Positions 8,311-16,775 are shown, counted from the stretch's first letter. The stretch is 64,000 bases of DNA from Gammaproteobacteria bacterium (GCA_029862045.1 JAOTYE010000009.1:39314-103313); one strand, 5' to 3'. The notes: generated from the sequence alone by a model not told the origin. Program-made: numbers and translations.

Positions 8311-10257
8311 ATGACTGGAACCAACTCGAGAGCGATAACGGCCCTGGCCGTCATGTGCCTGGCGTCTGCGTTTTTGCCAGGGAACGCGCGCGCACAAATC
8401 AACCCTGAGGTGACGGAAGAGGATGCCGCCAAGCTATACCCGGGGAAAACGTATTCTCCTTATGCACAGCGGGCGTTCCCCAGCAACGTTTACTGGGGCG
8501 AGACGCATCTGCATACGGGGTTGTCGCTAGACGCGGGCTTGTTCGGCAACACGCTGACACCCGATGACGCGTACCGATTCGCCCGTGGCGAGGAGGTCAA
8601 ATCGTCGACCGGCCTGCCCGTCAAGCTCGGCCGGCCGCTTGACTTTCTCGTTGTCGCCGATCATTCCGACGCAATGGGTCTCGCCCTCGACATCAAGAAG
8701 GGGACTCCGAATATCCTGGCAGATCCGACAGGCAAGCGTTGGCACGAGGCCTTCATGAAGGGCGGCCAGGAAGCGGGCAAGGCTGCGTTTGAACTGATCC
8801 AGGCATTTGCCCAGTTCAAACTGCCCGAGAAGATGGTGGCGGATTATTCGCCCGGATCCGCACCGTTTGCCACGGTGTGGGATACGATCGTCGACTCAGC
8901 GGAAAAATACAACGAACCCGGTCGATTTACGGCGTTCATCGGCTACGAGTGGACTGCGGTTCCCCAGGGTAACAACCTGCATCGAAACGTCATTCTCCGC
9001 GACGGTGGTGACCGGGCCCGGCAGATCCTGCCGTTGACCACACAGCCGCCGATCGGGACGACCGATCCGCTGGATCTGTACCATTGGCTCGAGAACTACG
9101 AATCGAAGACCGGTGGACAGGCTCTTGCTATCGCGCACAACGGTAACCTGTCGAACGGCTGGTTGTTCCCGATGGACAAGCGCTATTCGGGTGGCCGGGT
9201 CAACAAGGAGTATGTGGCGCTGCGAGCTGAGTGGGAGCCGCTTTACGAGGTTACGCAGATGAAGGGCGATGGGGAAACGCATCCGGCCCTTTCTCTTAAC
9301 GATGAATTCGCCGACTACGGTACCTGGGACAAGGGCAACCTCGACCTGTCGGCCCTGAAGAAGCCCGAGATGCTCGCGGGCGAATATGCCCGTGAGGCAC
9401 TGAAGAACGGCTTGGTGCTCGAAGAGAAGTTCGGCACGAATCCCTACAAGTTCGGCATGGTCGGTGCGACCGACAGTCACACGGCGCTGGCAACAGCAGA
9501 GGAAGAGAACTTCTTCAGCAAGTCCGTGAGCGTAGAACCGTCGCCGACCCGAATCGAGCATCCATTTATCAAGTCCGATCTCGCCGCTATCGAGGGAGAT
9601 GAAATCGTCGGTGCCGGCTACCAGGGCATCTGGGCGACCGAGAACACGCGCGAGGCGCTGTTCGATGCGATGGAGCGAAAGGAAACCTATGCGACGACCG
9701 GCCCACGCATGGTCGTGCGATTCTTCGGCGGCTGGGATTACACGGACGATGACCTGCGTAGCCGCGCGCCCGCATTCCGCGGCTATGAGAAAGGTGTGCC
9801 GATGGGCGGTGACCTGACGATGGCGCCTCAGGGAAAGGTGCCGACGTTCATGGTGTACGCGCTCCGCGATCCAATTGGCGCGAATCTTGATCGTATTCAG
9901 GTCGTCAAAGGCTGGGTCGACGATCGGGGTAAGACCCAGGAGAAGGTCTACGATGTTGCCTGGTCGGGTGACCGGAGTCCCGGCGCGGATGGCAAGCTGC
10001 CGGCTGTCGGCAATACGGTCGACATCGAGGCGGCCAACTGGACCAACACGATCGGCGCATCAGAGCTGGCAACGGTCTGGACCGATCCGGACTTCGATGC
10101 GGATCAGCGAGCGTTTTACTACGCGCGCGTGCTCGAAATCCCGACGCCACGCTGGGTGCTCTATGACAAGGTCCGCTTCGGCATCGAACTACCCGAACGT
10201 GCGGAATTGATTCACCAGGAGCGCGCCTACACGTCACCTATCTGGTACACGCCCTAG
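8311..10257 (+). CDS. DUF3604 domain-containing secreted protein (paralogue 2)
   Basis: Same length (648 aa) as the upstream gene. Motif [16 protein letters not shown] and an identical C-terminus [12 protein letters not shown]. The two are collinear over the full length. Confidence 0.85.
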   Translation: MTGTNSRAITALAVMCLASAFLPGNARAQINPEVTEEDAAKLYPGKTYSPYAQRAFPSNVYWGETHLHTGLSLDAGLFGNTLTPDDAYRFARGEEVKSSTGLPVKLGRPLDFLVVADHSDAMGLALDIKKGTPNILADPTGKRWHEAFMKGGQEAGKAAFELIQAFAQFKLPEKMVADYSPGSAPFATVWDTIVDSAEKYNEPGRFTAFIGYEWTAVPQGNNLHRNVILRDGGDRARQILPLTTQPPIGTTDPLDLYHWLENYESKTGGQALAIAHNGNLSNGWLFPMDKRYSGGRVNKEYVALRAEWEPLYEVTQMKGDGETHPALSLNDEFADYGTWDKGNLDLSALKKPEMLAGEYAREALKNGLVLEEKFGTNPYKFGMVGATDSHTALATAEEENFFSKSVSVEPSPTRIEHPFIKSDLAAIEGDEIVGAGYQGIWATENTREALFDAMERKETYATTGPRMVVRFFGGWDYTDDDLRSRAPAFRGYEKGVPMGGDLTMAPQGKVPTFMVYALRDPIGANLDRIQVVKGWVDDRGKTQEKVYDVAWSGDRSPGADGKLPAVGNTVDIEAANWTNTIGASELATVWTDPDFDADQRAFYYARVLEIPTPRWVLYDKVRFGIELPERAELIHQERAYTSPIWYTP

Positions 10258-10291
10258 GCAAGAAGCACATCATCAACGACGGAGAGGCGCA

Positions 10292-11734
10292 ATGGAGATT
10301 TTAAGAAGCTTGGCATTAACGCTGCTCCTCAGCGTTTTCGGCCAAGCGGCCCTGGCCCAGGACAAGCCGAACATCGTCCTGGTCTTCATGGACAACTTCG
10401 GCTGGGGCGAACCCGGGTTCAACGGCGGCGGCATCATTCGTGGCGCCGCGACACCGCAGATTGACTCACTGGCCGCCGAGGGGCTTCGGCTCACCAACTT
10501 CAACGTGGAGGTCCAGTGCACGCCGTCGCGCTCGACATTGATGACGGGCCGCTATGCGATCCGCAGCGGCAACGGCACGGTACCGCTGGGCGAAGGAGTT
10601 TATGGCCTCGTGCAGTGGGAAGTGACCATGGCGGAGATGCTCGCTGACGCCGGGTATGCCACCGGCATGTTCGGCAAGTGGCATCTCGGTCGCACGGAAG
10701 GCCGCTTCCCGACCGACCAGGGTTTCGACGAGTGGTACGGCATCCCCAACTCGACCGACGAATCGGTTTATTCAGAGTTGCAGGATTTCGCCGAAAGCGG
10801 TGTTGCGGAATCCTGGGTCATGGAAGGCAAGAAGGGCAGCGCGCCGAAAAAGGTACGTCCCTATCGGCTGGACTACCGGCCGCTGATCGATCGCGACCTG
10901 ACCGACAAAGCGATCAGCTTCATGCGCCGCCAGGCGAAGGCCGACAAGCCGTTCTTCGTTTACCTGCCGTACACGGCCACGCATTTTCCGGCGATCCCGC
11001 ACCCCGACTTCGACGGCAAATCCGGCAACGGGCCGTGGGGCGACATGCTGATGCAGATCGACAGCTACGTTGGCGAGTTGCTCGAGACGATCGATGACCT
11101 CGGGTTGGCAGACGACACGATCTTCATCTTCACGGCGGACAATGGCCCCGAGGCGCTGAGCGCCGGCGAAACATCGATGACCGTGGAAACGGCCCTGCAT
11201 GGTTCCGCCGGCCCGTGGCGCTCGACGCTGTTCACAGGGTATGAGGGCGCCCTTCGCGTACCGTTTGCCGTCCGGTGGCCCGATAAGATTGAAGCGGGTC
11301 GGGTGAGCGATGAGATCGTGCATGCGATGGACCTCTTCCCGACACTGGCCGGGATCGCTGGTGGCAAGGTGCCGTTGGACCGAGTCATCGACGGCATCGA
11401 CATGTCCGGTTTCTTCCTTGGTAAAACGCAGCAATCAGGCAGAGAGGGCTTCATCGTCTACATGGGTAATGACGTGTTTGGCGTGAAGTGGCGCGACTGG
11501 AAACTCCATTTCAAGGAGCAGACCGGGTGGAACGGCGTGCTGCGCGAGTACACGATGCCCCGCCTCTACAACCTGATCAACGATCCCCAGGAACGCGACA
11601 ACGTGCTTTTCCCACACACGTGGGTGCCGAAGGCGGCTTTGCCGCAGTTGCAGGAACACGTCCTTTCGCTCAGGAAGAATCCGCCGATCCCGAGCGGAGC
11701 GCCCGACCCCTACAAGCCGGCCGGAAAGAAGTGA
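10292..11734 (+). CDS. arylsulfatase (formylglycine-dependent sulfatase family)
   Basis: Signal peptide. Sulfatase signature CTPSRSTLMTGRY (C-x-P-x-R) follows NIVLVFMDNFGWGEPG. Confidence 0.9.
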   Translation: MEILRSLALTLLLSVFGQAALAQDKPNIVLVFMDNFGWGEPGFNGGGIIRGAATPQIDSLAAEGLRLTNFNVEVQCTPSRSTLMTGRYAIRSGNGTVPLGEGVYGLVQWEVTMAEMLADAGYATGMFGKWHLGRTEGRFPTDQGFDEWYGIPNSTDESVYSELQDFAESGVAESWVMEGKKGSAPKKVRPYRLDYRPLIDRDLTDKAISFMRRQAKADKPFFVYLPYTATHFPAIPHPDFDGKSGNGPWGDMLMQIDSYVGELLETIDDLGLADDTIFIFTADNGPEALSAGETSMTVETALHGSAGPWRSTLFTGYEGALRVPFAVRWPDKIEAGRVSDEIVHAMDLFPTLAGIAGGKVPLDRVIDGIDMSGFFLGKTQQSGREGFIVYMGNDVFGVKWRDWKLHFKEQTGWNGVLREYTMPRLYNLINDPQERDNVLFPHTWVPKAALPQLQEHVLSLRKNPPIPSGAPDPYKPAGKK

Positions 11735-11739
11735 ACGGG

Positions 11740-12690
11740 ATGCTGTTTCGGGCGTTCGCGCTCGCCGGCCTTTGCCTGCTGTTCCTGTACCCGCTGGCGG
11801 CTCAGGCGCAACTGTCCGGCCACAATACCCGGGGCGACTATGGACTCATGTCAGGTACGCAAGTGCCCGTGGGTACCTATGGGGTGGGAATGTACTATGA
11901 CTTCGCGGCCGACACGCTGCGCGATAGAAACGGGAACTCATTTCCGGCCATTTCCGACGGCGGCTCGGTGGACATACGGGCCGCTGTCGCGGGTCTGATA
12001 AAAACGACAGACAGAAAATTGTTCGGCGGCAACTACGGGTTTGGAATCTATGTCGCTGCGACCAACAATGCCGTGGAACTACCCGCTCTGCAAACCGACA
12101 CCGAGACCAGCACCGGCCTTGCGGACACCTACATTCAACCCCTGATACTTGGTTGGACAACGAAACGCGCTGATTTCATGGCTGGATTGGGGGTTTATGC
12201 GCCTACTGGGCGTTACGACCCCGATGCGGACGATAATCGCGGGCTGGGCATGTGGAGCTACGAGGCGTTCGCAGGAACGACGGTCTATTTCGACGAGGCA
12301 CGCACGTGGCACTTCGCGGGAACAGCGTTCTACGAAACCCATGGCAAGAAAGAAGACACGGACATTCGCGTCGGCGATATTCTTACCATCGAAGGAGGCT
12401 TCGGCAAATCGTTTATGGACGGTGCCGCAAGCGCCGGTCTGGCCTATTACGCGCAGTGGAAAGTCAGCAGGGACGACTTCGGCGTAACGCCGCCCGGTGG
12501 ACCTTTCCTTGGTAAACACGAGGTGTATGGTGTCGGTGCGGAACTCACGTTGCCTCTGGCCAGCAAGTCCAAGTTATACGGCTTTGCGAATCTTCGTTAC
12601 TTTTGGGAAACAGGGGTAAAAACCACGCTGGAGGGCGAGACCCTTCTGCTAACGCTAAGCTTTCCCTTCCCCAGCATTCCTCTGCAATGA
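11740..12690 (+). CDS. outer-membrane beta-barrel channel, MetA-pathway/'transporter' family-like (tentative)
   Basis: True start is ATG 11740 (MLFRAFALAGLCLLFLYPLAAQAQ signal peptide). The ORF-track start at 11488 overlaps the sulfatase gene in another frame. Alternating beta-strand pattern. Confidence 0.65.
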   Translation: MLFRAFALAGLCLLFLYPLAAQAQLSGHNTRGDYGLMSGTQVPVGTYGVGMYYDFAADTLRDRNGNSFPAISDGGSVDIRAAVAGLIKTTDRKLFGGNYGFGIYVAATNNAVELPALQTDTETSTGLADTYIQPLILGWTTKRADFMAGLGVYAPTGRYDPDADDNRGLGMWSYEAFAGTTVYFDEARTWHFAGTAFYETHGKKEDTDIRVGDILTIEGGFGKSFMDGAASAGLAYYAQWKVSRDDFGVTPPGGPFLGKHEVYGVGAELTLPLASKSKLYGFANLRYFWETGVKTTLEGETLLLTLSFPFPSIPLQ

Positions 12691-12771
12691 GGCAACTGTC
12701 GGCGGCCGAATGTTAAACGCAGAAAAGAAACATGCCGGCCTATTATCGAAACTTCCCCAGGAGGACCTGCA

Positions 12772-13080
12772 ATGAAATTCAAACAATGGCTGCTTGGTGC
12801 GGCACTATGCTCCGTATTCAGTTTTGCGGCGACCGCCGCAGATGCACCCGACAACGGACTGGCCGTACTTGGCTGGAGCGAAGCGACCCTCGTTGCGGAT
12901 CGAGATGACCGTAAGGACCGGCGGGACGAGCGTGGTCGCGCAGATGAACGCCAGGAGAAGCGCGACTGCCGCCAGGAAGAAGGCCGCGTCGGCAAAGACA
13001 AGCGCGAATGCAAGCAGGATGAGGTGCGCGACGGCGTCCGGGGCCAAAAAGATGACGACGACAAGGAAGAGGACGCCTAA
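12772..13080 (+). CDS. small secreted, extremely charged (D/E/R/K-rich) protein of unknown function
   Basis: Strong RBS CAGGAGG 7 nt upstream. Clear signal peptide MKFKQWLLGAALCSVFSFAATAADA. The mature part is a low-complexity charged sequence with two Cys. Confidence 0.55.
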   Translation: MKFKQWLLGAALCSVFSFAATAADAPDNGLAVLGWSEATLVADRDDRKDRRDERGRADERQEKRDCRQEEGRVGKDKRECKQDEVRDGVRGQKDDDDKEEDA

Positions 13081-13159
13081 AGCGGACCGGGAGTGGTGGA
13101 CGGCCGGCAGTCTCGCAAAAGGCTGTGGAAACACCAAAAGGGTCTCTTGAAGCAGCCAT

Positions 13160-13807
13160 ATGAAAGTTGAACAGAACAAGAATGCCGCTGCCCCTCTGAT
13201 AACCGGCGTCCTGGTTCTCGCCGTTTCATACGCTGTGCTCCGTTATCACGTCGTGGGACCGGTGCCGTGGAAGGACTTTCCGTTTTTCATCCTGAACAAG
13301 GGGTTTTCGCTCGCGGCGTTTGTCTTGATTGCATGCAATTTCGGCTTCGGCCCTCTGAGAAACATCGGAGTCCGTGTACCGGAGAGCTGGTTGGCCGCCC
13401 GCAAGGCCGTCGGTATGACCGGGTTTCTGCTGGTTCTTATTCACGCGCTGATGAGCTTCTTGCTGTTCAAACCGGCGGTATACGGCAACTTCTTTTCCCA
13501 GGACGGGACTTTGACCTTATTCGCCGGTCTGAGCATGCTCACAGGGGTCCTGGCGTTTGTGGTCCTCTGGGCCTACAACCTGAGTTTCCAGACATTCCTG
13601 CGCGAAGACAAAGCCTTCATTTCACTCATCACATCGCGCCGATTTCTGCTCGTCGCATTCATACTTGGCGGTGCCCACCTGTTGTTCATGGGCTACGAGG
13701 GTTGGATGAAGCCCGGGCGCTGGCACGGCGGACTGCCGCCTATCAGTCTGGTCGCTTTCGCTGTTTTCGCGATGGCCTACATCGTCAACCTGTTTGGCCG
13801 TGAATGA
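13160..13807 (+). CDS. integral membrane protein, ferric-reductase/YedZ(MsrQ)-like topology (tentative)
   Basis: 215 aa with about six hydrophobic helices. Conserved-looking His residues in LVLIHALMSF and GGAHLLFMG. Confidence 0.6.
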   Translation: MKVEQNKNAAAPLITGVLVLAVSYAVLRYHVVGPVPWKDFPFFILNKGFSLAAFVLIACNFGFGPLRNIGVRVPESWLAARKAVGMTGFLLVLIHALMSFLLFKPAVYGNFFSQDGTLTLFAGLSMLTGVLAFVVLWAYNLSFQTFLREDKAFISLITSRRFLLVAFILGGAHLLFMGYEGWMKPGRWHGGLPPISLVAFAVFAMAYIVNLFGRE

Positions 13808-13834
13808 TCGGCAAACTCTTGCCAACGCGACGAT

Positions 13835-14103
13835 CCCTTCTCCGTAGCCGAGAGATTGGTTTAGAATCCGAGTACTCTCACTTTTATGCTCAGCCAGACC
13901 TGAGTGAGACGTAACTCCCTGATATGCGGGTGTCGTTCAATGGTAGGACATCAGCTTCCCAATCGGAGTCGCTGAGTTGGGCGCTCGTATAACTGCTTGA
14001 TTATCGTGGTGCTGTGACCACCGGTTTCAACGAGTTAGATCACCCGAAAGTAACCAACTGAGTCCTGTGGACTTTCTGAGTATGCTCAGTTGTACGCTCA
14101 CTT
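13835..14103 (+). repeat. R2: second copy of the tRNA-Gly upstream arm + tRNA 5' half + conserved non-tRNA tail
   Basis: 13861-13925 aligns with the region upstream of the intact tRNA. 13926-13962 equals tRNA nt 1-37 with 3 mismatches. 13963-14103 aligns block-wise with the R1 tail, including a 59-nt block with only 2 differences. Confidence 0.85.
13926..13962 (+). pseudogene. tRNA-Gly(CCC) 5' half, second truncated copy
   Basis: gcgggtgtcgttcaatggtaggacatcagcttcccaa. The D stem is still pairable (one G-U). No T arm or 3' acceptor strand follows. Confidence 0.85.
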
Positions 14104-14193
14104 CTTGGATGGTCGATGACGAGACGCTTCGCGAATGATCAGCACCCACACGAGCACGAACGCAGCCAATGGGATAATGACAAACCATTCCAT
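14098..14193 (-). CDS. possible 31-aa hydrophobic peptide (below the ORF-track cutoff)
   Basis: ATG 14193 lies 1 nt after the stop of the 75-aa ORF (TGAcATG). Product MEWFVIIPLAAFVLVWVLIIREASRHRPSKK is one TM helix with a basic tail. Its stop lies inside the right end of R2. Confidence 0.25.
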   Translation of the reverse strand: MEWFVIIPLAAFVLVWVLIIREASRHRPSKK

Positions 14194-14194
14194 G

Positions 14195-14422
14195 TCAGTT
14201 TTCCTCGAGATCGTCAATGAGACGATACGCAATGCGGTTAATTTGGAAGATACCGCTGGTGACTACTATAGCAGCAACGCCGGCAGCAGCGACGAGGATC
14301 GGGTTTGCTTTGGTGTAAGACTGCGCCAGCCAACCAAGCAAGGATGCATCGATCACAGCGAGAAGGCCGAACGGAACTTTCAACCATCCGATTTCTTCCT
14401 TGATTCTGTTGACTCTCGCCAT
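14195..14422 (-). CDS. small two-TM membrane protein, unknown function
   Basis: 75-aa ORF with two hydrophobic segments, in an AT-richer stretch. No recognisable motif. Confidence 0.45.
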   Translation of the reverse strand: MARVNRIKEEIGWLKVPFGLLAVIDASLLGWLAQSYTKANPILVAAAGVAAIVVTSGIFQINRIAYRLIDDLEEN

Positions 14423-14512
14423 GTCACAGTACCCGCTGCCTGCCTTCCTTCATTTTTGATGGATTGAACACGGGCGTCTATGTCGATTTGCGGTCAATTC
14501 CTTCCGATTCCC

Positions 14513-15706
14513 TCAGTTCAGCAGGTCAACACGGCCTGATTTGAGCCAGTCCGACTGCTCCGTTCTCTCGCTGCGATCAGGCGGTCCTGCCGGTTGAGGA
14601 GGCGCGGCAGGCCATGCCTCATCGGTGCCGATGACCCTTCGTACACGAATACCGTCTGCGTTGACGTTCCAGACCAACAGGTCGTCCGCGAGGGTTAACG
14701 GTCCATCATAGGTCTTGCGAATCTCTTCGAGGGTGCCCGGTGCGACATTGAAGTCGGCGAAGTTGTGGTAAGCAATCGCCATGCGAGGCTGCAGTCGCGA
14801 GAAGATCTTGCCGCATGACGACGGCGGTGTGTGAAGTACCGTCGAGACAATTCGGGCTCGCTCAGGATCATATTTTTTCAGGTCAATGAGTTGCTGCACC
14901 GTGAAATAGCATTCGTGAATCAGCAGATCGGCATCGCCGGATTCAGCAAGAAACCACTTGTTGGGGACAGTATCCCCTGAGTAAACGAACTTCTTGCCAT
15001 TCCACTCCAGGCTGTAGCTGACGGCCCCGTCGATCGTATGCACGGCAGGCCACGCCTTGATCTTTACGCCATTCTGTTCATAGATGACGTGGCTCTTGCG
15101 GTAGTCAAACTCCGTCACTTCTATGTGGCCGCCCGCCGACGGCATGTTGCCTCTGCGGCCTGTCAGGTCCCAGGTGAACATCTCACGCATACGGTCGATG
15201 GCGTATTTCGTCCCGGTCTCCGGTTTAAGGCCACTAGGACCCCAGACCCGCAGTGGCCCAGTCCGGTTCGAGACCCAGCCGCCTATGAACATGGCATCCA
15301 GATCGCCGATATGGTCGACGTGCAAATGACTGATGAATATCTTGTCCAGGTAGGTGTAAGGAATTTCCAGCGCTCCGAGATTCGCAAGCGACCCGGTGCC
15401 GATATCGAAAAGGAACTTATCCCCGTTATCCAACTCGACCAGCCACGATGCAGATGCCTGCGAGCGGCGAAAGTTCGGTGTACCTGTTCCCAATGCAATC
15501 ACACGCATCTCGTCCGAACCGAGTGGTTCGGTATTCGGGAAATAATTGTCCCTCGAAGCTGTCTCTTCCTCCGCAGCCATCGCAGCATCGACGGCTGCGG
15601 ACATCACCGTCTTTGGCATGTCGCCGATGCCGGAGATAGCGACCGCCAATGCGCTGATTAGCACGATCACGGGTATTGTCGTTCTTAGTGAAGGAGTGAC
15701 TCTCAT
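14513..15706 (-). CDS. MBL-fold metallo-hydrolase, exported
   Basis: N-terminal signal/anchor. Metallo-beta-lactamase motif SHLHVDHIGD (HxHxDH). RNase Z-like N-terminal block RVIALGTGTP. Confidence 0.85.
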   Translation of the reverse strand: MRVTPSLRTTIPVIVLISALAVAISGIGDMPKTVMSAAVDAAMAAEEETASRDNYFPNTEPLGSDEMRVIALGTGTPNFRRSQASASWLVELDNGDKFLFDIGTGSLANLGALEIPYTYLDKIFISHLHVDHIGDLDAMFIGGWVSNRTGPLRVWGPSGLKPETGTKYAIDRMREMFTWDLTGRRGNMPSAGGHIEVTEFDYRKSHVIYEQNGVKIKAWPAVHTIDGAVSYSLEWNGKKFVYSGDTVPNKWFLAESGDADLLIHECYFTVQQLIDLKKYDPERARIVSTVLHTPPSSCGKIFSRLQPRMAIAYHNFADFNVAPGTLEEIRKTYDGPLTLADDLLVWNVNADGIRVRRVIGTDEAWPAAPPQPAGPPDRSERTEQSDWLKSGRVDLLN

Positions 15707-15744
15707 CTTTCTTCCTCAGGGGGAGGGTGCTCTCGCACAGCCCA

Positions 15745-15837
15745 ATCTCTTCTCCAATCGGCTCAGAATAGCTTAGAATCCGAGTACTCTCACTTTTATG
15801 CTCAGCCAAGCCCAAGTGAGACGTAACCCCCTGATTT
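15745..15837 (+). repeat. R3: upstream arm shared with R1 and R2, here joined to the intact tRNA-Gly gene
   Basis: aatctcttctccaatcggctcagaatagcttagaatccgagtactctcacttttatgctcagcc... aligns with 3676-3769 and 13835-13925. Confidence 0.8.
15773..15799 (+). promoter_or_regulatory. promoter-like hexamers upstream of tRNA-Gly (also present in R1 and R2)
   Basis: TTAGAA, 15 nt, TTTTAT (TATTAT in R1). The spacing is suboptimal, so this is only a candidate. Confidence 0.3.
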
Positions 15838-15911
15838 GCGGGTGTAGTTCAATGGTAGAACATCAGCTTCCCAAGCTGAGAATGAGGGTTCGATTCCCTT
15901 CACCCGCTCCA
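15838..15911 (+). tRNA. tRNA-Gly (anticodon CCC), CCA encoded
   Basis: 74 nt. Acceptor stem GCGGGUG/CACCCGC, D stem GUUC/GAAC, anticodon stem UCAGC/GCUGA with loop UUCCCAA, T arm GAGGG-UUCGAUU-CCCUU, discriminator U then CCA. Confidence 0.95.
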
Positions 15912-15934
15912 GTTATTCGTATACTCACAGGACC

Positions 15935-16771
15935 ATGAGCAGTATCGTTTGGCTGGGCTCGTATCCGAAGTCGGGGAATACCTGGGTCCGTGCCTTTTTG
16001 CAGAACTTTCTCGACGCTTCCGACCGGCCGTCGGACATCAATGCACTGGACAAGTACTTCGCCGACGAGTCGAAGCCGAACTGGTACCAGCCGCATGTGC
16101 AGGGATCATTGGCCGAACTCGATCTCGCGCAGATATGTGCATTGCGGCCAAAGGTGCAGAAGAACATCGCTGCCAGCCGGCCGGGTTCGGTTTTCGTCAA
16201 GACACACAATTTTTTGGGCGCGTACGACGGCATGCCACTCCACGAGATGTCGGTGACGGCTGGCGCGGTGTACGTCGTTCGGAATCCGCTGGATGTAGTC
16301 CTGTCTCTGGCCGATCACTTCGGGTTAACAGTCGATGACGCCATCCTGTTTATGAATAATGAGACGACCGGTTCGCCGACTGACGAAGCCAACGTGGCCA
16401 GCGTGTTGAGTTCCTGGTCTGCGCACGTCCGCAGTTGGACCGAGGGCGGAGAAGACGCGACGTGTGTGCTGCGATACGAGGATCTGCTGATCAAGCCGGC
16501 CAAAGGGTTCAGGAGTCTCGTCAGTTTCCTCGGTCTGAACCCCGATCCCGCGCTTCTGAGGAGGGCGATTCGCTTCAGTTCGTTCCCCGAGATGCGCAAA
16601 CAGGAGCAGGCGCAGGGATTCATTGAACGCAGCCCCAATTCGAGGCGCTTTTTCCGCGCCGGTCGCAAGGACCAGTGGCGGACCGGACTTAGCCGCGAAC
16701 AAATCGGCTTGATCGTCGACGCGCACCGTGAACAGATGCAGCATTTCAAGTATGTGCCGCCAGGCTATTGA
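15935..16771 (+). CDS. sulfotransferase domain-containing protein
   Basis: PAPS-binding 5'-PSB loop WLGSYPKSGNTWVRAF near the N-terminus; 278 aa. Confidence 0.85.
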   Translation: MSSIVWLGSYPKSGNTWVRAFLQNFLDASDRPSDINALDKYFADESKPNWYQPHVQGSLAELDLAQICALRPKVQKNIAASRPGSVFVKTHNFLGAYDGMPLHEMSVTAGAVYVVRNPLDVVLSLADHFGLTVDDAILFMNNETTGSPTDEANVASVLSSWSAHVRSWTEGGEDATCVLRYEDLLIKPAKGFRSLVSFLGLNPDPALLRRAIRFSSFPEMRKQEQAQGFIERSPNSRRFFRAGRKDQWRTGLSREQIGLIVDAHREQMQHFKYVPPGY

Positions 16772-16775
16772 GCGA

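Noticed and set aside
11488-11739. 84-codon N-terminal extension of the OMP-channel ORF.
   Set aside because: It lies entirely inside the arylsulfatase gene in another frame. The signal peptide starts at ATG 11740.
12597-13179. Five further ORFs of 102-155 aa on both strands over the small charged-protein gene.
   Set aside because: They are stop-free frames produced by the purine-rich low-complexity sequence. Only the frame at 12772 has an RBS plus a signal peptide.
2882-15911. Calling the region a bona fide mobile element (integrative island, ICE or prophage).
   Set aside because: No integrase, excisionase, transposase, relaxase or phage structural gene is present in any frame of the window. 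Only the repeat architecture is observed, so it is reported as a hypothesis, not as a mobile_element feature.
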